From positions 16,585 through 80,584 of the forward strand of contig CAZXUR010000003.1 of the NCBI GenBank assembly GCA_964644245.1: a stretch of DNA of 64,000 nt, written 5' to 3'. The number at the start of each line of letters is the position of its first letter. Positions within the stretch are counted from its first letter, which is position 1. Under the pieces are notes generated by a model. It ran no database searches and was not told where the DNA came from. It saw only the letters and a program-made list of their open reading frames with translations. Of the stretch, positions 57,178 through 64,000 are shown in pieces. This DNA comes from an uncultured archaeon (GTDB taxonomy: Archaea > Aenigmatarchaeota > Aenigmatarchaeia > CAZXUR01). The translations under genes and the position numbers were made by a program.

Positions 57178-57699
57178 ATGAAAATTCAGAATTTGGTTGC
57201 TAGTGTAGATTTAAAGACAAAGATACCACTGAATGACATACTCACTGGTCTGGAAGAAGCTGAATACGAACCAGAGCAGTTCCCGGGTCTTGTGTATCGT
57301 TTGCAAGAACCCAGGGTATCCTCACTCATTTTTCAAAGCGGCAAGATAATCTGTCTGGGCAACAAGAGCAAGGCCAACGCAAAGAAAGCCATAAGCAAGA
57401 TTGTCTCCAGACTAAGGAAAATCGGCGTTTCTGTGCCCAACAAATACAAAATAAAGACGGTAAACATAGTGGTTACCGATAATCTGGGCAAAGAACTGGA
57501 TTTGGGAGAACTTGCGTTCCAGCTCGAAGAGAGCGAGTATGAACCAGAGCAGTTCCCGGGTCTGGTCTACAGGATATTCGAGCCAAAGGTGTCTTTCCTC
57601 CTGTTTTCATCGGGACGCATAGTGTGTGCGGGAGCAAAAACCATGAAAGACGTGAGAAAGGCTATAGACAAGCTAAAAAAGCGTTTGAAGAAGGTTTGA
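57178..57699 (+). CDS. tbp: TATA-box binding protein
   Basis: Two EYEPEQFPGLVYR repeats; LIF.SGKIIC. Confidence 0.97.
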   Translation: MKIQNLVASVDLKTKIPLNDILTGLEEAEYEPEQFPGLVYRLQEPRVSSLIFQSGKIICLGNKSKANAKKAISKIVSRLRKIGVSVPNKYKIKTVNIVVTDNLGKELDLGELAFQLEESEYEPEQFPGLVYRIFEPKVSFLLFSSGRIVCAGAKTMKDVRKAIDKLKKRLKKV

Positions 57700-57731
57700 A
57701 GGCTTAAATAATTTTTCTACATATATTTTAC

Positions 57732-59147
57732 ATGCCGTACCAGTATAATTTTCAGCAAAACCGTGATTACACCACACTATACATAGGTGTGGCGGCTCTT
57801 GTGGTGATTGCCCTGATACTGGTCCCGGGGATAACCGGTTTTTTCTCTGCTGAGGAGAACGAGACTACCATCACTACCACCACCGTAACCACTCTCGTGC
57901 CCACAAAAGCTGTGCTCAACCTTTCCACCCAAAAGTTCAAGGGTTTCGAGAAGAATTTGGAAGTGAGCGGGTTTGACGTGGAGATAACTCCGGAGGACAC
58001 GGACATCCTCCACGGTTTTTACGTGCAGGACGTTTACGTGAACGAGAAAATCAAACTTAAAGGCAACTTGCATGTGGGCAAACACGGTGTCTATTTGAAG
58101 TTCGATGAGGAAGATATGGAATTTGGCACTTATTTCAGCAGTTTTAACGTGGATTCGCCACAAAAGGTCTGGTTTTTGGGCAATGAAATGCTTCTCATAG
58201 ACAAGACCGGCAGTGACTTGAAAACAGGCAAGTCCTTGGGTTCAGCAGTTCTAGCAGAGGAACCGGTTGAGGTATTCGGACTCGACCTGGAGGCCTCTGA
58301 CATAGACGAGAGCAACGGGGACGTGAGAATCAAGCTTGACGGAAAGACGGCAGTGATAGATGAGGGAGAAATGGAAAAGGTTAAGGACTACTACGTCTAT
58401 GTGAAGAACATACAGGAAGCGTCAGTGGAAGTTGAGATATTCGAGGAGGATGACGAGATAAGAGACGGTGAGGTTTACAACGACTGCTGGGACTACTTTG
58501 TAGTCTCAGACTCTTTTGGCATCAGAAACAGGTGCGATTATGACGTGTACGATGAACTGGAAGTCGGAAACACCATGATTTACATGGACATAAGTCAGGT
58601 GGAGTCCGTCTTGCTGAAAGGAAGGATAAAGACCCGCGAGGGAAACTTGATGCTGGAGTTGTCCCTTTCAGATGAACTCTTCAAGACCAGTGACGGTTTT
58701 GAGAACCGTATTTTCATCCGAGACCACGACTATTGTTTAGACTTGGACTGTGACAGGGAAGTGGGCGACCTGTACGGGATAATGTTGCCCGGGTCGGCAG
58801 CCTATCGGAAGATAGACCATTCCGGCGACGAGATAACCATTTTTGAGGGAGAGGGAAGGATAGTTGTTGGGTTCGACGAGGAAGAAGAAGAAACCAACGT
58901 GTGGATAGAGGAGACCGGCGGCTCAAAGATAAGCGACGTGGAAGACGGTTACTATTCCCTGTTTGGCAGCAAGTTCATTGACGTGAATCCTTCCGGAGGC
59001 TCGTTTGAGGTAGAACTGGCCAACTCCCGCAGGACTTTTTCCTTGAAGGTAGGCAGGTTGACACAGACCAGCCGGACAAAGACACTGAAAGTCGGGGAGA
59101 CGGTCAATGTTGACGGTACTGAAGTGGGTCTTCGAAACTTGAAGTGA
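57732..59147 (+). CDS. membrane-anchored acidic S-layer-like protein
   Basis: N-terminal TM plus ITGFF, Thr-rich linker, acidic beta-rich body. Confidence 0.6.
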   Translation: MPYQYNFQQNRDYTTLYIGVAALVVIALILVPGITGFFSAEENETTITTTTVTTLVPTKAVLNLSTQKFKGFEKNLEVSGFDVEITPEDTDILHGFYVQDVYVNEKIKLKGNLHVGKHGVYLKFDEEDMEFGTYFSSFNVDSPQKVWFLGNEMLLIDKTGSDLKTGKSLGSAVLAEEPVEVFGLDLEASDIDESNGDVRIKLDGKTAVIDEGEMEKVKDYYVYVKNIQEASVEVEIFEEDDEIRDGEVYNDCWDYFVVSDSFGIRNRCDYDVYDELEVGNTMIYMDISQVESVLLKGRIKTREGNLMLELSLSDELFKTSDGFENRIFIRDHDYCLDLDCDREVGDLYGIMLPGSAAYRKIDHSGDEITIFEGEGRIVVGFDEEEEETNVWIEETGGSKISDVEDGYYSLFGSKFIDVNPSGGSFEVELANSRRTFSLKVGRLTQTSRTKTLKVGETVNVDGTEVGLRNLK

Positions 59148-59187
59148 TTGTTTTAAGTATGCCCAATTTAATATAGGTGTGAGGACC

Positions 59188-59469
59188 ATGATAGATGATT
59201 TGAAGGTCGGGGATACCAATGTCACCGTTGAAGGAACCGTGGTTTCCATGTCTGACATACGCGCAGTCAACACCAAATATGGCAAGAAGAAGGTGGCTGA
59301 CGCAGTTATCGAAGACAAGTCGGGTCGCATAAAGCTTTCACTCTGGGAAGACCAGATAAACATGGTGGAAGAGGGGGACGACATAAAGATTTCTCCCGCT
59401 TACGTCACTGAGTGGAAAGATGAGAAGCAGTTGAATCTAAGGCGCGGCGGACGCATAGTCGTTAAGTAG
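59188..59469 (+). CDS. single OB-fold ssDNA-binding protein (SSB/RPA)
   Basis: VADAVIEDKSGRIKLSLW, AYVTEWK...LNL. Confidence 0.88.
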   Translation: MIDDLKVGDTNVTVEGTVVSMSDIRAVNTKYGKKKVADAVIEDKSGRIKLSLWEDQINMVEEGDDIKISPAYVTEWKDEKQLNLRRGGRIVVK

Positions 59470-59477
59470 GCGTTGGA

Positions 59478-60227
59478 ATGATAGACGTCCACTGTCATTT
59501 GGAATACATGAAGGACCCCCAACAAGTCTTACGTGGAATAAAAGAAAGGGACATGCGTATAATTTCTTCTGTGGCTGCTGTAAAACACAAGGACCAGGTC
59601 TTGGGTTACCGGGACAAGAATAAGGAATGCGTCTACTTGTCACTTGGTCTGCATCCCAAGGAAGCCGTTGGCATAAGCGAAAAGAAACTGGACAAGTACA
59701 TGCAATACATTTCTGACAACAAAGACAAAATAGTGGCCATAGGCGAGGTTGGACTGGATCATAAAGTGGTCAAGAAAAAGGACTTCGGAAGGGCCAGAGA
59801 AGTCTTTCTCCAATTCGTGGAACTTGCCAACGGCTTGAAACTTCCACTAGTCATACATTCCCGGAAGTCCACAGGCGATTGTCTGAAGGTACTGGGCGAA
59901 GCGGATGTGCCTGTGGTGCTGCACTGTTTCTCCGGCAACATGACCCAGTTTGGCGAGGCTCGCGAGCGCGATTACTACATATCCATCGCCACCAACGTGG
60001 GCAGTTCAAAAAATACCAAGAAAGCGGCCCAGAGAACTCCTATGGACAGGCTCCTTCTGGAAACGGATTCTCCCTGGCTGGATCCCAAGTCGGGCGAGCT
60101 GACAAACGTTCCCTGGAATATCCAATACTCCGCAGAACTAATCGCAAAGTGGAGAGACATGAAGAAAGAAGAAGTCTTGAAACAGACTGAGGAAAACGCG
60201 TTCAGACTGTTCAACCTCAAGCCTTGA
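59478..60227 (+). CDS. tatD: TatD family nuclease
   Basis: IDVHCH, GLHP, IGEVGLD, IHSR, LHCFSG, LLETDSP. Confidence 0.95.
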   Translation: MIDVHCHLEYMKDPQQVLRGIKERDMRIISSVAAVKHKDQVLGYRDKNKECVYLSLGLHPKEAVGISEKKLDKYMQYISDNKDKIVAIGEVGLDHKVVKKKDFGRAREVFLQFVELANGLKLPLVIHSRKSTGDCLKVLGEADVPVVLHCFSGNMTQFGEARERDYYISIATNVGSSKNTKKAAQRTPMDRLLLETDSPWLDPKSGELTNVPWNIQYSAELIAKWRDMKKEEVLKQTEENAFRLFNLKP

Positions 60228-61410
60228 ACCTGAGGATTCCACCTATGCCGCCCAGTTGTGCGAACTGTTTTCCTTCCTGCGTGTCCTGAGACACAAGTTC
60301 GAACTCACTCCCGTACTGTCCGGCTAGTTCTTCCAGGAATTCCACTATGTCCATCTCCCCTATTATGTCCAGCTTCTTTCCACATTCGGGGCACACCTGC
60401 TGGTCCTTGTTCCTTTCCTTGATGACCCGCTTCTCTGCGAATCCGCACTTGCATTCGATTTCTAAAGCGACCAGACCCGATTCTTCTGACAGGATTAGTG
60501 TCTCCACTGCTGACAGCTGTAGCAACCGTAGGGTCTCCTTGATGCCGTAAGTGGCCAGGCCAGAGTCCTTCTGCAGTTCCTTGAAGAAGCGCTTGAGAAT
60601 CTTCTTCTCTTTGGTCACCTCAGCGTCTTTCAGTAGTTCTTCCCCCCGTTCCACTGATTCTTGCAGTCCAACTTCCCCCGTGTAGGATGTATCAACCACT
60701 CCCAGAACATTGTCCTTGGTCTTCTGGGGCAGTTCATCCATCAGTTGTTCTTTGACCGGTCCGGGTCCTGAGACTATGATTCCTTTCAGTTTGTCTTCCC
60801 TTTTGAATATTTTTGAAGCGTCTTCCGCGGTGTCCCTGACGAACGTCTTCAGAAGGCCTTGTCTTACCCTTCCGTAACGTGCGGCTGATTGTCCTCCCGC
60901 ACGCGTCTTTCCGGGCACCATTGAGGACTTCTGTTTCTTGACCTGTATGCTTTTTCCCTTTAACAGTCCGATGGCTGACTCAGAACGGTCCATGTTAACC
61001 AGTCCGTAGACTTCCTCTTCTGTCACCACGTCCAGGAATGGTTGTAACTTGAATCTCTGGTCACACCAGTAGAGTTTTACCCGTATGGGTTCCGGTGGTT
61101 CCAGAGCCCACAACTGTACGTCCTGCTCGCCTTCCTTTTCAGAGACGTTTCCGCAGAATATCACCAAGCCGTTTTTGGGCGTTTTCTTATAAACCTTCAA
61201 GTGTTGCAGAATCTTCTCCAGCGCGTACAGCACGTTCTTCCTCACCGTTTTGTCCTTCACGTTTTGAGTGACTGACTGCTCCTGCTTCAGGAGCTCGACT
61301 ATTTTGTTCAGAGAGTAGCCTGCAGGTATGTATAACGATATCAGCTCGGTGTGCCTGCCTTTTTTCTCTTTCAGTTCCTTTATAATCCGGCGAAGTTTGT
61401 ATTTACTCAT
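60217..61410 (-). CDS. prf1: peptide chain release factor aRF1
   Basis: TELISLYIP, YWCDQRF, AGGQSAAR, LGGIGGILRF. Confidence 0.96.
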   Translation of the reverse strand: MSKYKLRRIIKELKEKKGRHTELISLYIPAGYSLNKIVELLKQEQSVTQNVKDKTVRKNVLYALEKILQHLKVYKKTPKNGLVIFCGNVSEKEGEQDVQLWALEPPEPIRVKLYWCDQRFKLQPFLDVVTEEEVYGLVNMDRSESAIGLLKGKSIQVKKQKSSMVPGKTRAGGQSAARYGRVRQGLLKTFVRDTAEDASKIFKREDKLKGIIVSGPGPVKEQLMDELPQKTKDNVLGVVDTSYTGEVGLQESVERGEELLKDAEVTKEKKILKRFFKELQKDSGLATYGIKETLRLLQLSAVETLILSEESGLVALEIECKCGFAEKRVIKERNKDQQVCPECGKKLDIIGEMDIVEFLEELAGQYGSEFELVSQDTQEGKQFAQLGGIGGILRFKA

Positions 61411-61524
61411 TCACATACACCCCAGCCTAAGAAAAAGTCAATTGAACTCGCTCTTGTAAGGCATAAGAAGACTTGGTATACAGATTTAAATAGTTTTTTA
61501 AATTTTCAGGACTTATGAGAAAAC

Positions 61525-61902
61525 ATGGTCAAAGACAAATACGTGGGTGTGATTAGAGCCGGTGTTGAGGACGTTTTAATCTCGGGGTATCAACCCCGAA
61601 CAATGATTGAGATAGACGATGATTTGACAAAGAAGATAATCGTTCCTGTCTCGGTTGACGTCAGGGCAGGAGACCATATAGAGGCATACGTGGACCTTGA
61701 AGAAAACATCAAGACGAAGAGATACAGACCTCCCATTATACCTTGGCTAAAGAAGGTCAGGAGAGAATTAAAACCGACGGAATATCCGTTCAGGGTAAAG
61801 TTCTTCGACAATGGCAGGATATACAAGTCAACGTACGACAATGGAAGATACGTTGAGGGAGAAATCACATCTCAATCCCGATCTTCACAGGACCTGCTTT
61901 GA
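61525..61902 (+). CDS. hypothetical protein
   Basis: 125-aa ORF with an upstream TTTTAAA box. Confidence 0.55.
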   Translation: MVKDKYVGVIRAGVEDVLISGYQPRTMIEIDDDLTKKIIVPVSVDVRAGDHIEAYVDLEENIKTKRYRPPIIPWLKKVRRELKPTEYPFRVKFFDNGRIYKSTYDNGRYVEGEITSQSRSSQDLL

Positions 61903-64000
61903 TTCGCTTCTTGGGCTTTCCGAACTTGATTTCCTTGGCCTTTGTAGTGCCTTTGATATCTTCAAGCACCTTCTTCAGCAACTTCTTGTTTTTGGACGAG
62001 GCCTCTATGGTCAGGAGAGGGAATTCCTGGTTGAGTGAAACGCCCTCCTTGTTCTTGTGTTGCCTTACGGCTGCGACTATGTCTACAGCCATGTCCCCGG
62101 CCTTCTCTGCGGTCTTGCTCTTTCTGTAAGCCTCGGGCCAGTCTGAGATGTGTATGGATTTGTCATTCTCATGTTTCTTGTAATATTCTTGGTAGATTCC
62201 TTCGGTTATGTGCGGGACTATAGGCGCGAACAGCTTCAAGACGTCCAGGAGCGCGTGATAAAGGGTCCACTGAGCCGCTGATTTCTTCTTGTCCTCGTAC
62301 ATCCGGTACTTGATGAATTCCAGGTAGTTGTCGCAAAAGTCCTGCCAGAAGAATTGTTCTGAGGCGTCCTTGGATTTAGAGTAACTGTATGATTTGAAAT
62401 TTTCGGTCGAATATTTGATGACTTTAGACAATTTCGTGAGCAGCCACTTGTCCATGGTAGTCAGTTTTACCTTTCTGGGCTTGTTTTTCTTGAGATGGAT
62501 GGTTGCGAACCTGGAGGCGTTCCACAACTTGGTCAGGAACTTCTGAGCGTTTTTCACATCTTTCTCTCTGTAACAAAGATCGTCTCCGAGTTTCACAGAA
62601 GCAGCCCAGTACCTGATGGCGTCGGCCGAATATTTTTCTATCACGTCCTCTGGGATGACCACATTTCCCCTGGATTTGGACATAGGCTTGCCTTTGGGGT
62701 CTAACCCATGCCCACTCATCATGACGTCTTTCCAAGGAATTTTCTTGAAGTGATGATAGGCTTTGAGAATGGTGTAAAAGGTCCATGTCCTTATTATATC
62801 GTGCGCCTGCGGTCTCATGGTCATGGGGAATAAACGCTTGAATTTCTTATCGTCTTCCAACCACTCGGTCGCGATTTCAGGGCTCATGGAACTGGTCATC
62901 CAGGTGTCCAGCACGTCTTCCTCGGGCTTCATCTCCTTTCCACATTTCTTACACTTCTTTTTTTCCATCCTCGGGTCTATGGGTATTTCCTTCTCATCTG
63001 CAACTTCTATCTCCCCACATTCACAGTACCATACTGGTATGGGTATCCCATAGTAACGCTGTCGTGAAATGCACCAGTCCCAACCCAGATTTTTGACCCA
63101 GTCCTCGTAACGCTTTCTGTAGAAGTCGGGGTGCCAGTTGATTTTACGGCCCTGTTTTATCAGCTGTTTCTTGTAGGGTAAGGCTTTGACGAACCACTGT
63201 TTGGCTACCAAGAATTCCACGGGGGTGTCGCACCTCCAACACACGCCCACTGTCTGTTGAAGTGGTTCCTGTTTTTTGAGCAAACCTTCTTTTTTCAGGT
63301 CTTTGATTATGGACTTCCTGGCTTGTTCGATGCTCTGGCCCTTGTACTTCCCGCACTTGTCGTTCATCTTGCCGTCCTCTGTAAGACAGATGCGAAGGTC
63401 CAACTTGTGCTTCCTCCACCAGTCTATGTCGGTCTTGTCTCCGAAGGTGCATATCATCACTATGCCGGTGCCGAAGTCCTTGTCTACTGCCTTATCCTTC
63501 ATTATCTTGACCTTCTGTCCGAACAAAGGCACCACTGCCTTCTTTCCAACCAAAGCCTTGTGACGCTTGTCCTTGGGATTTACGAATATTCCCACGCATG
63601 CAGGAAGGAACTCTGGCCTGGTGGTGGCGATTTCGATTTTCTTCCCGTCCTCGAGTTCAAACTTTATGTAATTCAGCTTCGTGCTTCGGTCCATGTCCTC
63701 CACCTCTGCCTGTGCCAAAGCAGTCTGATGGTAAGGGCACCATATGTTGGGCTCTTTGGCCCTGTAGACCAGTCCTTTGTTGTAGAGGTCTAGGAAAGAC
63801 ATCTGTGCGATTTTCTGTGAATGCTCGTCTATAGTCCGGTATGACAGAGACCAGTCACACGAAAAGCCCAGGGCGTTAAAGGTTGGTTTCATCTGTTCTT
63901 CTTCCAGTCGTGAGGTTTCCTTCTGGCACAGTTTCAGAAATTTTTTCCTGTTGTTGGGTGACTTCGTTATATTGTATTTCTTTTCCACGTATCTTTCGGT
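61865..64000 (-). CDS. valS: valine--tRNA ligase (3' part; starts beyond the right edge)
   Basis: ATTRPE, DWCISRQR, DTWMTSS, RPQAHDII, PMSKSRGN. Confidence 0.96.
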   Translation of the reverse strand, partial: TERYVEKKYNITKSPNNRKKFLKLCQKETSRLEEEQMKPTFNALGFSCDWSLSYRTIDEHSQKIAQMSFLDLYNKGLVYRAKEPNIWCPYHQTALAQAEVEDMDRSTKLNYIKFELEDGKKIEIATTRPEFLPACVGIFVNPKDKRHKALVGKKAVVPLFGQKVKIMKDKAVDKDFGTGIVMICTFGDKTDIDWWRKHKLDLRICLTEDGKMNDKCGKYKGQSIEQARKSIIKDLKKEGLLKKQEPLQQTVGVCWRCDTPVEFLVAKQWFVKALPYKKQLIKQGRKINWHPDFYRKRYEDWVKNLGWDWCISRQRYYGIPIPVWYCECGEIEVADEKEIPIDPRMEKKKCKKCGKEMKPEEDVLDTWMTSSMSPEIATEWLEDDKKFKRLFPMTMRPQAHDIIRTWTFYTILKAYHHFKKIPWKDVMMSGHGLDPKGKPMSKSRGNVVIPEDVIEKYSADAIRYWAASVKLGDDLCYREKDVKNAQKFLTKLWNASRFATIHLKKNKPRKVKLTTMDKWLLTKLSKVIKYSTENFKSYSYSKSKDASEQFFWQDFCDNYLEFIKYRMYEDKKKSAAQWTLYHALLDVLKLFAPIVPHITEGIYQEYYKKHENDKSIHISDWPEAYRKSKTAEKAGDMAVDIVAAVRQHKNKEGVSLNQEFPLLTIEASSKNKKLLKKVLEDIKGTTKAKEIKFGKPKKRIKAGPVKIGIEM

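Noticed and set aside
57268..57563. 23-nt exact direct repeat GAACCAGAGCAGTTCCCGGGTCT
   Set aside because: It encodes the normal internal duplication of TBP (EPEQFPGL).
1..64000. Genome-wide TAG reassignment
   Set aside because: Several genes end in TAG at expected C-termini (trm11, cca, rps8e), including convergent CTAG overlaps at 3973-3976 and 34160-34163.

Overview
Gene-dense archaeal chromosome segment. The gene set and sequence style fit a DPANN archaeon, most likely Aenigmarchaeota-like (inference). Most of the window is housekeeping: six aminoacyl-tRNA synthetases, tRNA modification enzymes, ribosomal proteins, RNA polymerase subunits, aIF2-gamma, aIF5B, aRF1, TBP, proteasome beta, aCPSF1, Hef, Hjc, NurA, RNase HII and a dTMP synthesis cluster. 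There are five tRNA genes; four carry bulge-helix-bulge (BHB) introns, three of them with an intron at a non-canonical D-arm position. Top finding: the 3' end of a 1510-aa FG-GAP surface-protein gene (about 56399-56690) holds three hairpins, with stems of two different sequences and a shared loop motif. That motif is the reverse complement of the same gene's predicted 5' UTR and start codon (52210-52227), about 4.2 kb upstream. This is a candidate long-range 5'-3' or antisense/decoy RNA control system, or a set of DNA inverted repeats. Other oddities: a tRNA-Pro with an A34 anticodon (AGG), an initiator tRNA with C33, an in-frame TAG in an epimerase, a divergent aRF1 NIKS loop, an 11-codon basic minigene with apparent promoter and SD, and two apparently leaderless pilin-like paralogs. 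All calls come from reading the sequence; no searches were run.
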